DNA of 64,000 nucleotides from Spirochaetia bacterium (GCA_965208575.1 CBDBOV010000002.1:320001-384000), one strand, 5' to 3'; positions 27,858 to 38,684 are shown, counted from the stretch's first letter. Notes: generated by a model not told the origin, from the sequence alone. Made by a program: numbers and translations.

Positions 27858-28600
27858 CGGACATGACACACACGACGGACAAGGCGGCGGCCGCGGCCGC
27901 GATCGCGGAATTGGCGGCGGCCGCAGAGGGCGGGCCGGAGCTGCTGCTCGGCGCCCTGGTGCGGCGTTATGGCGACCGGGTCACGCTGGCCTCGTCGCTG
28001 GGCGCCGAGGACCAGGTGCTGACCCACATGCTGCTGGCCATCAAGCCGCGGGCGCGCATCTTCGTGCTCGACACCGGGCGCCTGCACCAGGAGACCTACG
28101 ACCTGATGGCGCGCACGATGAGCCGCTACGGCATGCGCTACGAGGTGCTGTTCCCGGACGCCGCGGCGGTGCAGGAGATGGTGAGCGGCGAAGGCCCCAA
28201 CCTGTTCTACGCCAGCGTGGCCGGGCGCACGCGCTGCTGCGAGGTGCGCAAGGTGGAGCCGCTCGGCCGGGCGCTGGCCGGTGCCGACGCCTGGATTACC
28301 GGCCTGCGCCGTGCGCAGAGCCCGGAGCGCGGCGACACGCCGCTGGTGGAGTGGGACGCCGCCCATGCGGCGGTCAAGGCGAACCCGCTGGCGGAGTGGA
28401 GCGACGAGCAGGTGTGGGACTACCTGCGCGCCCACGGGGTGCCCTACAACGTGCTGCATGACCGCGGCTTCCTGAGCATCGGCTGCGCGCCGTGCACGCG
28501 CGCCGTGGAGCCGGGCGAGCCGGCGCGCGCCGGGCGCTGGTGGTGGGAGCAGGGCACCGCCAAGGAGTGCGGCCTGCACCCGGCGGAGGCGGCGCGGTGA
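27854..28600 (+). CDS. cysH: Adenylyl-sulfate (APS) reductase, CysH family, Fe-S type
   Basis: [38 protein letters not shown]. Confidence 0.93.
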   Translation: MTDMTHTTDKAAAAAAIAELAAAAEGGPELLLGALVRRYGDRVTLASSLGAEDQVLTHMLLAIKPRARIFVLDTGRLHQETYDLMARTMSRYGMRYEVLFPDAAAVQEMVSGEGPNLFYASVAGRTRCCEVRKVEPLGRALAGADAWITGLRRAQSPERGDTPLVEWDAAHAAVKANPLAEWSDEQVWDYLRAHGVPYNVLHDRGFLSIGCAPCTRAVEPGEPARAGRWWWEQGTAKECGLHPAEAAR

Positions 28601-29478
28601 CCGCGCTCGAGCGCCTGGAGGCGCAGAGCGTATACATCCTGCGCGAGGCGTACCGCGAGTTCCCGCGGCTGTGCATGCTGTGGTCGATCGGCAAGGACAG
28701 CACCGTCCTCCTGTGGCTTACCCGCAAGGCGTTCTTCGGCGAGGTGCCGTTCCCGCTCGTGCACATCGACACGTCGTTCAAGATCCCGGAGATGATCGCC
28801 TACCGCGACCAGTTGGTGCGCGACTGGCGGCTCAACCTGATCTACGGCGAGAACCGCGCCGCGCTCGACGCACGGCACACGTTCCCGGCCGGCGCCATCT
28901 CCCGGATCGCCTGCTGCAAGGCGCTGAAGACCGACGCGCTGGTCAACACCCTGTCGGGCGAGTGGCCGCGCTACCGCTACGACCACGACCTGCAGCGCTA
29001 CGTGCAGGACTCCAACACCGAACCGTACACGGGGGTGATCGTGGGCGCGCGCGCGGACGAGGAGGGCAGCCGCTCCAAGGAACGCTACTTCTCGCCGCGC
29101 GACCACCACAGCGACTGGGACATCGGCGACCAGCCGCCGGAGTTGTGGAACCAGTTCAAGACCGACTTTGCGCCCGGCACCCACGTACGCGTGCATCCGC
29201 TGCTCGACTGGACCGAGCTGAACATCTGGGAGTACATCGAGGCGGAGGAGATACCGGTGGTACCGCTCTACTTCAACCACGGCGACGGCACCCGCTACCG
29301 TTCGCTCGGCTGCTACCCATGCACCACGCCGGTGCGCTCGGACGCCACCTCGGTGGCGGAGATCGTCGACGAGCTGCGCACCGGGCAGTTCGCCCACATC
29401 GCCGAGCGCGCCGGGCGCGAGCAGGACAAGGAGGGCGACGGCACCCTCGAGACCCTGCGCCGCGAGGGCTACATGTAA
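28597..29478 (+). CDS. cysD: Sulfate adenylyltransferase subunit 2
   Basis: [50 protein letters not shown]. Confidence 0.96.
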   Translation: MTALERLEAQSVYILREAYREFPRLCMLWSIGKDSTVLLWLTRKAFFGEVPFPLVHIDTSFKIPEMIAYRDQLVRDWRLNLIYGENRAALDARHTFPAGAISRIACCKALKTDALVNTLSGEWPRYRYDHDLQRYVQDSNTEPYTGVIVGARADEEGSRSKERYFSPRDHHSDWDIGDQPPELWNQFKTDFAPGTHVRVHPLLDWTELNIWEYIEAEEIPVVPLYFNHGDGTRYRSLGCYPCTTPVRSDATSVAEIVDELRTGQFAHIAERAGREQDKEGDGTLETLRREGYM

Positions 29479-31379
29479 TGGCAGCCGCCACAGCACAAGC
29501 AGCCGCGGCACAGGCAGCCGCAGTGCAAGCGGCGGCCGCGCCGCCGCCCGATCTGCCGACCATGAATGTGGTGGTGGTGGGCCACGTCGATCACGGCAAG
29601 AGCACGGTGGTGGGCCGCCTGCTGCACGACACCGGCGTGCTGCCGCATGGCAAGATCGAACAGGTGCGCAGCAACTGCGAGCGCAGCGGCAAGCCGTTCG
29701 AGTACGCATTCCTGATCGATGCGCTGCAGGACGAGCAGGCGCAGGGCATCACCATCGACGCCGCGCGCGTGTTCTTCCGGTCCGACAAGCGGCGCTACAT
29801 CATCATCGACGCCCCCGGCCACATCGAGTTCCTGAAGAACATGATCTCCGGCGCGGCGCGCGCCGAGGCGGCGATCCTGGTGATCGACGCCAGCGAAGGG
29901 GTGCGGGAGAACTCGCGCCGGCACGGGTTCATGGCCGCCATGCTCGGCATCCGCCAGCTCCTGGTGGTGGTCAACAAGATGGACCTGGTGGGCTACGACG
30001 AGGCCGTGTTCACCGCCATCCGCGAGGAGTACGAGGCGTTCCTGGGCGAAATCCAGGTCGAGCCGCGCGGCTTCGTCCCGGTGAGCGGGCGCCACGGCGA
30101 CAACCTGGTGGCCGGCTCGGAGCGCACGCCGTGGTATGAAGGCGCCGCGCTGCTGGAGCAGATCGACGCGTTCGCGAGCGCCGGCGCGGAGACGGCGCAG
30201 GCGCTGCGGCTGCCGGTGCAGGACGTGTACAAGTTTCCGGTGCGCGGCGACGACGCCCGCATCATCGCCGGCACCGTGGCCACCGGCAGCGTGCGGGTGG
30301 GCGACGCGGTAGAGTTCCTGCCGTCGCGCAAGCGGGCGCGGGTGCGCAGCATCGAGGGCTTCCAGGTGGCGTCGCACGAGCAGGCCGCCGCGGGCATGGC
30401 CACCGGCATCACCCTCACCGACGAACTGTACGTGCGCCCCGGGGAACTGATGTACCGGGTCGGCGAACGGGCGCCGCGGGTCGGCACCACGTTCCGCTGC
30501 AATCTGTTCTGGCTCGGCCGCAACCCGCTGGTGCCCGGCAAGCGGTACCGGCTCAAGCTGGCGACCACGCGGGTCGGCGTGCACGTGAAAGAGATCGTCC
30601 AGGTGCTCGATGCAGCCACCCTGGAGCGCAGCGAATCGGACGCCCACAAGGGCCACGTCGGCCGCCACGAGGTGGCCGAGTGCGTGCTGGAGACGCAGAA
30701 CCCGATCGCCTTCGACCTCGGCCTGGGCGCCGAGTTCGCCGCCACCGGGCGCTTCGTGCTGGTCGACGAGTACGAGATCGCCGGCGGCGGCATCGTTACC
30801 GAGTACGTTTCGGGGCTGAAGGCGTCGCTGCGCGAACACGTCAAGCAGCGCGACTACGCCTGGGTGCGCGGCGCCATTACCGCCGAGCAGCGCATCGAGC
30901 GCTACCGGCAGCGGCCGCGGCTGGTGGTGTTCACCGGGGCGGACGGCGACGTGCTGCACGAGTTGGCGCGCGACCTGGAGGACCGGCTGTTCCGCGCCGG
31001 CGGCAGCGCCTACTACCTGGGCCTGACCAACCTGGCGCGCGGGCTCGATGCCACCATGGACGAGGCGGCCGCGCGCGCGGCGGCCCACACCGACGAGGAC
31101 CGCAGCGAACACCTGCGCCGGCTCGGTGAAGTGGCGCACATTCTCGGCGACGCCGGGCAAATCGTGATCACCACGGTCACCGATCTCGACGCCGCGGAGG
31201 CGGAGATTCTGCGCATTCTCAACGAGCCCAACGACATGCTGGTGATTCGCGTGGGCGCCGACCAGCACGCGGTCAACGCCGACCTGGTGATCGTCCCCGG
31301 TACGCCGCCGGACAAGGCGGTGGCCGCGGCGCACCGCCTGCTGCGCGAGCGCGAGGTGGTGCTCGAGTACTACCTGTGA
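29478..31379 (+). CDS. cysN: Sulfate adenylyltransferase subunit 1 with degenerate C-terminal APS-kinase-like domain
   Basis: [27 protein letters not shown]; the C-terminal CysC-like region lacks a P-loop. Confidence 0.93.
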   Translation: MAAATAQAAAAQAAAVQAAAAPPPDLPTMNVVVVGHVDHGKSTVVGRLLHDTGVLPHGKIEQVRSNCERSGKPFEYAFLIDALQDEQAQGITIDAARVFFRSDKRRYIIIDAPGHIEFLKNMISGAARAEAAILVIDASEGVRENSRRHGFMAAMLGIRQLLVVVNKMDLVGYDEAVFTAIREEYEAFLGEIQVEPRGFVPVSGRHGDNLVAGSERTPWYEGAALLEQIDAFASAGAETAQALRLPVQDVYKFPVRGDDARIIAGTVATGSVRVGDAVEFLPSRKRARVRSIEGFQVASHEQAAAGMATGITLTDELYVRPGELMYRVGERAPRVGTTFRCNLFWLGRNPLVPGKRYRLKLATTRVGVHVKEIVQVLDAATLERSESDAHKGHVGRHEVAECVLETQNPIAFDLGLGAEFAATGRFVLVDEYEIAGGGIVTEYVSGLKASLREHVKQRDYAWVRGAITAEQRIERYRQRPRLVVFTGADGDVLHELARDLEDRLFRAGGSAYYLGLTNLARGLDATMDEAAARAAAHTDEDRSEHLRRLGEVAHILGDAGQIVITTVTDLDAAEAEILRILNEPNDMLVIRVGADQHAVNADLVIVPGTPPDKAVAAAHRLLREREVVLEYYL

Positions 31380-31392
31380 CCGCGCGGCATCG

Positions 31393-33042
31393 TTGATGGC
31401 GGCGTTCGTCAGTCTCATCGGGGCGGGGCCGGGGGATCCGGAGCTGATCACCGTGCGCGGACAGCGCGCGCTGGCCGCCGCCGACGTGATTGTCCACGAC
31501 GACCTGGTGGACCGCCGCCTGCTGATCTCCTGCGCCGGCCGTCCGGTGCACGCGCTCGGCGACCGCCGCGCACCGGCCGCGGAGCGGCAGCGCCGCCTGT
31601 ACAGCGTGCTGGCCGAACACGCGCTCGCCGGGCGGCGGGTGGCGCACCTGAAGGGCGGCGACCCGCTGCTGTACGGCCGCGGCGCCGAGGAGATCCAGTT
31701 CCTGCGCGCCGCCGGCATTCCCTACGAGATCGTGCCGGGAGTCACCGCCGCCGCCGGCGCCGCCGCCTACGCGGAACTGCCGCTGACCCGGCGGCGGCGC
31801 GCCTCCTCGGTGGCGCTGTGCACCGGCCACACCGAGCAGGTCGCGGTGCCGGCGGCGGATACCCTGGTGTACTACATGGCCGCCGCCCGGCTGGCGGAAG
31901 TGGCGCGGCGCGTGCTGGAGCATGGCCGTGCGCCCGACACGCCGGTGGCACTGGTGCGCAACGCCAGCCGCCCCGAGCAGTCGGTCACCACCCTGACCCT
32001 GGCCGAGGTCGCGCGGCTGCCGCCGCCCGACCCGCCGCTGGTGGCGGTGATCGGTCCCGGCGGCGCCCCGCTCACCGGTGTCCCGGACGCCGCCGCGGAG
32101 GTGATTGCCGCCTACCGCCTGGCAACCGGTGAGTTCAGACCGGCTCCCGCTGCCGCCGCGGAGTCGCAAACCGATTGGACGCGGGGGTCAGCGCCCGCGC
32201 CGGCGGCGGACGCGGGAACCGGCGCCCGCCGCGCACCCGACGCCAGCGCGCGCTCGGTCGACGAAGGCATCGCGCAGAACCGTCCCGGCGACGCTCCAGC
32301 GGCTCGCTTCGCCGCGGCAGCCGCCGCGGTGGCAACAACCGATGCGCTACCCGAGCCGTGGTTCGCGGCGGCGCGCAAGGTACTGGTTACCGGAACCACG
32401 GCGGAGCCCTACCGCCACCTTGGCGAGCTGGTGCACACTCCGCTGATCGCGATCGCGGAGCCGGAGGACTGGCAGCCGCTCGACGCCGCGCTCAAGCGCC
32501 TGGCGTCCTACTCGCTGGTCGTGTTTACCAGCCGCTTCGCGGTCGCGGCGCTGCTGGGGCGGCTGCTCGCCCGCGGCGGCGATGCGCGGCGCCTGGCCGG
32601 GGCCCGGCTGGCCGCAATCGGCCGTGGCACGGCCGCGGCACTGCGCAGCCGCGGCCTGGCGGCCGACCTGGTGGCCGCGTCGGAGGACACCGAGGGCCTG
32701 CTGGAGGCGCTGCGCAATGCCGGTGCGATGGCCGGCGAACGCGTGCTGCTGCCGCGCTCCGCGCTGGCCGGCGCCGCGCTGCCGGATGCGCTGCACGCCG
32801 CCGGAGCGCAGGTGACGGCGGTCACCGCCTACCGCAATCTGCCGGTGCCCGATCCGGTGCGGGTGGACCTGGCCGCCCTCGATGCGGCTCTGCTCACCTC
32901 GCCCTCCACGGTTGCGGCATTCCGCAACCTGTACGGCGAGCAGGTGCCGGCGTCCCTCGCGCTGTGGTGCCGCGGCCCGCGCACCCGCGCCGCCGCGCAG
33001 GCGGCGTTCGGCCGCGGCGCCCCCGTCCCGTCCCCGTCCTGA
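31393..33042 (+). CDS. cobA: Uroporphyrinogen-III C-methyltransferase / uroporphyrinogen-III synthase fusion
   Basis: GAGPGDPELIT, LKGGDP..GRG.EE, VPGVTA; HemD part VFTS, AAIG..TA, TSPSTV. Confidence 0.9.
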   Translation: MMAAFVSLIGAGPGDPELITVRGQRALAAADVIVHDDLVDRRLLISCAGRPVHALGDRRAPAAERQRRLYSVLAEHALAGRRVAHLKGGDPLLYGRGAEEIQFLRAAGIPYEIVPGVTAAAGAAAYAELPLTRRRRASSVALCTGHTEQVAVPAADTLVYYMAAARLAEVARRVLEHGRAPDTPVALVRNASRPEQSVTTLTLAEVARLPPPDPPLVAVIGPGGAPLTGVPDAAAEVIAAYRLATGEFRPAPAAAAESQTDWTRGSAPAPAADAGTGARRAPDASARSVDEGIAQNRPGDAPAARFAAAAAAVATTDALPEPWFAAARKVLVTGTTAEPYRHLGELVHTPLIAIAEPEDWQPLDAALKRLASYSLVVFTSRFAVAALLGRLLARGGDARRLAGARLAAIGRGTAAALRSRGLAADLVAASEDTEGLLEALRNAGAMAGERVLLPRSALAGAALPDALHAAGAQVTAVTAYRNLPVPDPVRVDLAALDAALLTSPSTVAAFRNLYGEQVPASLALWCRGPRTRAAAQAAFGRGAPVPSPS

Positions 33043-33111
33043 CCGCCCGAGCCCGCGCAGGCATGGCAGCACGGGCGGCATCCGAGACGCCGGAGGATGA
33101 GTTGCCGGGTG

Positions 33112-34035
33112 TTACCCGCGGGCGCGGAGCTGTTGCAGGAGGGCGTCGTCGCGGCGCCACTTCTTGCGCACCTTGACGCGCAGGTCGAGGTGGATGCGGT
33201 GGCCGAAGATGCGTGCGAGTTCGGCCGTGGCGTCGCGGCGGATGGCAGCGATGCCGGCGCCGCCGCGGCCCACCACGATGCCGACCTGGCTTGGCCGCTC
33301 CACCCAGATGGTGGCGCGAATCCACAGCGCGCCGGGGCGCTGTTCCAGGTCGATCACGTCGACGTACAGGGCGTGCGGCACCTCCGCCGTCACGCGGGCG
33401 AAGGCATGCTCGCGCACGATCTCGGCAACGCGGAAGTCGGGCGTCTGGTCGGTGTACATGTCGTCCGGGTAGAGCAGGTCGCCGACCGGGCTCAGTTCCA
33501 GCAGGCGCGCCACCAGGGCGGGCACGCCGGTGCCGGTGCGTGCCGACACGGAGCGGATCTCGTCGATGCCGGCGCGGCGCAGGCGGGCCTCGCGCTCCTC
33601 GGCGCCGCGCGTTCCCGCCAGGTCCACCTTGTTGCACGCCGCCACCCGCGCGCCGGCGAAGCGACGGGTGGCGGCGAGCACCGCCTCATCCTCGGGGCCG
33701 AACGGCCGGGTGGCGTCGAACAGCAGCAACAGCAGGTCGACTTCGTCGGCGACCGACAGCGCCACGGTCTTCAGCACCAGGTTCAGCTTGCGCTCGCTGA
33801 CGTGCAGGCCGGGGGTGTCGAGGAAGATGAGCTGGCCGGCCGGCAGGGTCGCGATGCCGCGCACACGGCTGCGCGTGGTCTGCGGCACCGGCGACACGAT
33901 GGACACCTTGTGCCCGCAGATGTGGTTGATGAGCGACGACTTGCCGGTCGACGGGCGCCCGACGACGCCGATCGTGCCGACGCGCATCGGGTCCGCGCCT
34001 GCCGGTTCGGCGCGCGCCGGCTCGGCGCCGGTCAC
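33112..34035 (-). CDS. era: GTPase Era
   Basis: GRPSTGKS, PQTTR, DTPG, NKVD, EIVRE, KH domain GIVVGRGG; GTG overlaps the tetR stop (alternative ATG at 33987). Confidence 0.95.
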   Translation of the reverse strand: MTGAEPARAEPAGADPMRVGTIGVVGRPSTGKSSLINHICGHKVSIVSPVPQTTRSRVRGIATLPAGQLIFLDTPGLHVSERKLNLVLKTVALSVADEVDLLLLLFDATRPFGPEDEAVLAATRRFAGARVAACNKVDLAGTRGAEEREARLRRAGIDEIRSVSARTGTGVPALVARLLELSPVGDLLYPDDMYTDQTPDFRVAEIVREHAFARVTAEVPHALYVDVIDLEQRPGALWIRATIWVERPSQVGIVVGRGGAGIAAIRRDATAELARIFGHRIHLDLRVKVRKKWRRDDALLQQLRARG

Positions 34036-34736
34036 TGCGGTTCGTTCCCGGAAGCGGACGGCACCGGCGACCGCCCGCGCGCGCGGGCGCGGCGCCGGTC
34101 CACCCGCTCGGCGCGCTTGCGCAGCGTGAGCCGCCGCCGCAGGCCGCGTTCCACCAGCGTCAGGGTGTCTTCGATCAGGATATCGTTGCCGGGGCTGCCG
34201 AAGTTGGCCAGCAGGGCGGTGTAGAGCGCGATCAGCATCGAGCGCACGTTGTGAAACCGCGCCGTACGGAAGGTGCGCAGGCGGATGCCGGCGAGGAGAA
34301 TCTCGTCGATCATCTCGCCGATGCGCTCGAGTACCCACGCGGAACGCTGCGCGGGGCTCGCGCCGGGGCACACGTAGCGCCGGTCGCCGGTCAGCACGCC
34401 GAGCAGGATCGGGCTGCGCCGCAGGCCGAGCGTAATGAAGCGGTACAGCGCCTTGAGTTGATTCATGGGCGACTCGAAGCGGTCGACCACGCGTCTCGCC
34501 TCGCTGATGGCGCGCCGTTCGATCACCTCCACGATGTGCGCGTAAAACGCCTCCTTGCTTGGGAAGTAGCGGTAGAAGCTGCCGGTCGCCAGACCGGCGT
34601 CGCGGGTAATCTGCTCGACGCTGACTTCGCGGTAGCCCTGCGCCGAGAACAGGCGCTCGCCGATTTCCAGCAGTGCCGCCCGGCGCCGCGCACGGGCCGG
34701 ACGTTCTAGTTCCAATTGCTGTGGGATGGCGTTCAT
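34032..34736 (-). CDS. TetR/AcrR family regulator
   Basis: LFSAQGY..VSVEQI...GLATGSFYRYFPSKE HTH. Confidence 0.92.
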   Translation of the reverse strand: MNAIPQQLELERPARARRRAALLEIGERLFSAQGYREVSVEQITRDAGLATGSFYRYFPSKEAFYAHIVEVIERRAISEARRVVDRFESPMNQLKALYRFITLGLRRSPILLGVLTGDRRYVCPGASPAQRSAWVLERIGEMIDEILLAGIRLRTFRTARFHNVRSMLIALYTALLANFGSPGNDILIEDTLTLVERGLRRRLTLRKRAERVDRRRARARGRSPVPSASGNEPQ

Positions 34737-34746
34737 AGCGAAAAAG

Positions 34747-34769
34747 TGAATATCGTATTCAGATATTCA
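34747..34769. promoter_or_regulatory. Putative TetR operator
   Basis: TGAATA-tcg-TATTCA palindrome nested in TGAATATC-N7-GATATTCA, 10 nt upstream of the tetR start. Confidence 0.65.
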
Positions 34770-34999
34770 GGCGCCCAGTCTAACCGAAACCCGGATTGCA
34801 TACCACCTGCGGCGATTATTTCGCCATCGTAGCACTCTTCGCGCACGCGCGGAATACGCTTCCCGCGCGGCCCCTTACACTGACCGTATTGGCCCTACCC
34901 GCGGTCCACTGCAGGTGCCGGGAACGGCTGGCCGGCACCGTGCCGGCGGTCGCCCCGGAGGCAGAGGCATTCGCCGGTAGTACCATGTGGGAGAGAACC

Positions 35000-36328
35000 A
35001 TGGAGTCCATGCACTATCGGCTGCGCTGCCTGGCGTGTGGGGCATCGTACCCTGAACAGCGCGCCGGGTTCCGTCTGCAGTGCGACTGCGCGGTACCGCC
35101 GCGCGGCCTGCTGCGTGCCGAGTACCGTGAACGGTTCGTACCGGTCAGCGAGAATGGGGTGTTCCGCTACCGCAACTGGCTGCCGATCCGGCGCGGCGCG
35201 CCGTGGAGCGCCGTGCTGCGGCGCCCGGCGCCCGGTCCCGTGGCCTACCGCAGCCGCGAGCTGGCCCGCCGCATCGGGCTCGATCGGTTGGTGGTGCTGT
35301 TCTCGGGCTACTGGCCGGAACGCGGAGCCGGTTGCGAAACCTGCAGCTTCAAGGAGCTGGAAGCGCTTGCGGTGACCGCGCGGCTGCCCGAGGCTGATCG
35401 GCGGCCACTGGTGGTTGCCTCCGCGGGCAACACCGGGCGCGCGTTCCACACCGTCTGCTCGCGCCATGCCGTACCCGCGGTGGTGGTGGTGCCCGAGGCC
35501 GCCCTGCCGGCACTGTGGACCACCGCCCCGGCTGCCGCCGAGACCACGCTGGTAGCGGTAACCGGCGACGCCGACTACGCCGATGCGATACGGGTTGCCG
35601 GCATGATCGCCGCCCTGCCCGGCTTCCTGGCCGAGGGCGGTGCACACAACGTGGCGCGGCGCGACGGCATGGGAACCGCGCTGCTCGCCGGCGTCGAGTG
35701 CGCCGGCGCCCTGCCGCGCCACTACGTGCAGGCGGTCGGCAGCGGCACCGGCGCGATCGCCGCGTGGGAAATGGCGCAGCGCCTGGTGCGGGACGGCCGT
35801 TTCGGCGGCCAGGTACCGCGCATGCACCTGGCGCAGAACCGGCCCTTCACCATCATGGCGGACGCCTGGCAGCGGCGCAGCAGGCAACTGCCGCCGCTCG
35901 ACGAGGCGCAGGCCAAGCGCCGCATCGCCGCCCTGCGCGCCACGGTGCTGAGCAACCGCCAGCCGCCCTACGCGCTCGCCGGCGGCGTGTACGACGCCCT
36001 GTCCGCCAGCGCCGGGGCGATGTACCGCGTCACCAACCGGCAGGCGGAGCACGCCGGTGCCCTGTTCGCGGCGGTCGAGGGCTGCGACATCGACCCCGCG
36101 GCGGCGGTGGCCGTGGCGGCGCTGCAGCAGGCGGTGGCGTGTGGCGCGGTCGGGCGGGACGAGATGGTGTTTCTCAACGTGACCGGCGGCGGCCTCCGGC
36201 GCCTGCACGGCGAGCAGCGCACGCGCCGGCTGGCACCCGACCTCGTGGTCGATCACCGCACCGTCACCGACGCCGACCTGGCGCGGAGGCTCGAAGCGGT
36301 CCGCGCCCCGGTCCGGGAGGTGGCATGA
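35000..36328 (+). CDS. Cysteate synthase (PLP, threonine-synthase-like fold; CapA-like)
   Basis: N-terminal C..C Zn knuckle, LLRAEY, FSGYWPERGA..TCSFKELEA, ASAGNTGRAF, EGG..NVARRDGMGT, YVQAVGSGTG, LSNR.PPY. Confidence 0.85.
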   Translation: MESMHYRLRCLACGASYPEQRAGFRLQCDCAVPPRGLLRAEYRERFVPVSENGVFRYRNWLPIRRGAPWSAVLRRPAPGPVAYRSRELARRIGLDRLVVLFSGYWPERGAGCETCSFKELEALAVTARLPEADRRPLVVASAGNTGRAFHTVCSRHAVPAVVVVPEAALPALWTTAPAAAETTLVAVTGDADYADAIRVAGMIAALPGFLAEGGAHNVARRDGMGTALLAGVECAGALPRHYVQAVGSGTGAIAAWEMAQRLVRDGRFGGQVPRMHLAQNRPFTIMADAWQRRSRQLPPLDEAQAKRRIAALRATVLSNRQPPYALAGGVYDALSASAGAMYRVTNRQAEHAGALFAAVEGCDIDPAAAVAVAALQQAVACGAVGRDEMVFLNVTGGGLRRLHGEQRTRRLAPDLVVDHRTVTDADLARRLEAVRAPVREVA

Positions 36329-37566
36329 GCGACCTGTTCGCCAAGTGCCGCGGCGACGGCGGGTACTTCGGCGTGTACCGGGCGGCCGGCGACAAGTACG
36401 TCGTGCGCCCCATTCTGGACTCCCTGCCCGGCCCGCACATGGAATCGGGCGGGCGCCGGGTGATCATGTGGGGCATCAACAGCTACCTCGGCCTGACCGG
36501 AAACGAACGCATCAAGGCGGCCGCCGAGGCGTCGGTGGCGCGCTACTCCACCTGCACGCCGATGGGGTCGCGCCTGCTCACCGGCAACACGAGCAGGCAC
36601 GAGGCGCTGGAGCGGCGGCTGGCCGAATACTGCGGCAAGCAGGCCTCCGTGCTGTTCAACTACGGCTACCTCGGCGTGATGGGCACGATCTCCGCCCTGA
36701 TCGGCCCCAAGGACGTAGTGATCATCGACAAGCTGTCGCACGCATCGATGATCGACGGCACCATCCTGGCGATGGCGGGGCGCCGCTTCCGGCCGTTCCG
36801 CCACAACGACATGGAGAGTCTCGAGCAGCAGCTTCGCGCCGAGCGCGAGCGCGGCGCCGGCGGCATCCTGATCGTGATCGAGGGCGTGTACGGGATGCGC
36901 GGCGACCTGGCCAACCTGCCCGACATCGCCGCCCTCGCGCGCCGCTACGAGGCGCGCATCTTCATCGACGACGCGCACGGGTTCGGGGTGATGGGCGCCG
37001 GCGGACGCGGCACCGCCGAGCACTTCGGCGTGCAGGACGAGATCGACCTCTACTTCGGCACCTTCGCCAAGGCGTTCGCGGCGATCGGCGGCGTCACCGC
37101 CGGCGACCCGGAGGTGATCGAGTACATTCGATTCAACGCGCGTACCAACGTGTTCGCCAAGGCGTTGCCGATGGTCTACGTGGACGTGCTCGACGCCACG
37201 CTCGACGAGATCCTCGCGCATCCGGAGTATCGTGAACGGATGTGGCACAACGCGCGCGCCCTGCAGCGCGGCCTGCTCGAGTTGGGCTACAGCATCGGCG
37301 ATACCCAGTCGCCGGTGACGCCGGTGTACATTCCCTCCGGCCCGGAGACCGGTCGCGCGATCATGGTGATGCTGCGCGAGGAGTACGGCGTATTCCTGTC
37401 CGGCGTCACCTACCCGGTGGTGCCGCGCGGCATCAACCTGTTCCGCATGATCCCGACGGCGCTGCACACCGACCAGGACGTGGCCGACACCCTGGCCGCG
37501 TTCGCCGAGATTCGCGACCGCCTGAACCTGGACCTCGCCAGTCTGAAGAGCCTCAGCCTGGCCTGA
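36325..37566 (+). CDS. Alpha-oxoamine synthase family acyltransferase (cysteate-C-fatty acyltransferase/CapB-like)
   Basis: WGINSYLGL, PMGSRLLTG, SHASMIDG, EGVYGMRGD, DDAHGFG, DLYFGTFAK; ATGA overlap with cysteate synthase. Confidence 0.8.
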   Translation: MSDLFAKCRGDGGYFGVYRAAGDKYVVRPILDSLPGPHMESGGRRVIMWGINSYLGLTGNERIKAAAEASVARYSTCTPMGSRLLTGNTSRHEALERRLAEYCGKQASVLFNYGYLGVMGTISALIGPKDVVIIDKLSHASMIDGTILAMAGRRFRPFRHNDMESLEQQLRAERERGAGGILIVIEGVYGMRGDLANLPDIAALARRYEARIFIDDAHGFGVMGAGGRGTAEHFGVQDEIDLYFGTFAKAFAAIGGVTAGDPEVIEYIRFNARTNVFAKALPMVYVDVLDATLDEILAHPEYRERMWHNARALQRGLLELGYSIGDTQSPVTPVYIPSGPETGRAIMVMLREEYGVFLSGVTYPVVPRGINLFRMIPTALHTDQDVADTLAAFAEIRDRLNLDLASLKSLSLA

Positions 37567-37571
37567 CCGCG

Positions 37572-38684
37572 ATGGCCGCCACCTCGCGCGGCCGCGGGTT
37601 GTGCGGCCGCCGGCTCCGCGTCCCGGTGCGCGCGGTCGCGCCCGTCTCGCTTTCGCCGACCGGCGGCGGCGACTCACCGCGCCGCCTCGGGCCGTGCCCG
37701 GCGGCGGTCACGGCCGCGGTTGCGGTCGTGCTTGCCCTGCTGGCGCTGAACGGCTGCGGCGAGGCGTTGCGGCAGCATGAATTCGCGGCCATGTCCACGG
37801 TGGTGCGCGCTTCGGTGTACGGGCCGGGCCCCGACTGGCAGGCGTTCGAGCGCGCCGCCCACGCGTACGCCGCGCGCTACGACCACCGCGACCCGGCGAG
37901 CCCGGTGGCGCGGCTCAACCGCGACGGCGCGGCCGCGCTCGACCCGCTGACCGCCGCCACCCTGAGCCGCGCCGTGCAGTTGGCGGAGGCCACCGGCGGC
38001 GCGTTCGATCCCACCATGCTGCCGGTCACCCGGTTGTGGAACTTCGACGACGGCGGCGCGCTGCCCGACGCCGCCGCCCTGCGCGCCGCGCTGCAACGGG
38101 TCGACTACCGCCGCCTGCGGGTGACCGGCGGCACGGCGACGCTGGACGGAGCGGAACTGGACCTGGGCGCCATCGGCAAGGGCGCCGTGGTGGATCACCT
38201 GGCCGACTGGCTCACCGAACGCGGCTACCGGCGGTTTCTGCTGGAGGCGGGCGGCGACGTGCTGGTGTCGGACCTGAAGCCGGACGGCACGCAATGGCGG
38301 ATCTGGATCCGGCACCCGCGCTCCGCGGACGCCCCGCTGGCGATCGCCACCATAGGCGCGGCGGGGCAGCGGGTGGCGCTGGCCACGTCGGGAGACTACG
38401 AGCGCTTCATGGAGCGCGACGGCGTGCGTTACCATCACATCCTCAATCCCGCGACCGGGCACCCGGACAGCGACGCGGTCTCGGCGTCGGTGATCGCCGG
38501 CAGCGCAACCGAGGCGGACGCGCTCGCGACGGCGCTGTTCGTCCTGGGCAGCGGCGGCGGGGAGCTGTTGCGCGGCGGCTACGCGGGGATCGAGGGGGTG
38601 ATCATGTACCGCGCGGGCGAGGAGCTTGCGGCGCTGACCAGCGAGCGGTTTCCGGCGCTGCATGGCCGCCTCAACGTGAATTGA
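37572..38684 (+). CDS. apbE: FAD:protein FMN transferase lipoprotein
   Basis: Lipobox LNGC, AMST, GAFDPT, LDLGAIGKG, ATSGDYER, YHHILNPATG, ADALATA; start uncertain. Confidence 0.92.
   Translation: MAATSRGRGLCGRRLRVPVRAVAPVSLSPTGGGDSPRRLGPCPAAVTAAVAVVLALLALNGCGEALRQHEFAAMSTVVRASVYGPGPDWQAFERAAHAYAARYDHRDPASPVARLNRDGAAALDPLTAATLSRAVQLAEATGGAFDPTMLPVTRLWNFDDGGALPDAAALRAALQRVDYRRLRVTGGTATLDGAELDLGAIGKGAVVDHLADWLTERGYRRFLLEAGGDVLVSDLKPDGTQWRIWIRHPRSADAPLAIATIGAAGQRVALATSGDYERFMERDGVRYHHILNPATGHPDSDAVSASVIAGSATEADALATALFVLGSGGGELLRGGYAGIEGVIMYRAGEELAALTSERFPALHGRLNVN

Noticed and set aside
36325-37566. bioF (biotin synthesis) assignment
   Set aside because: No other bio genes are nearby, and coupling to cysteate synthase favours a cysteate acyltransferase; not excluded without a phylogeny
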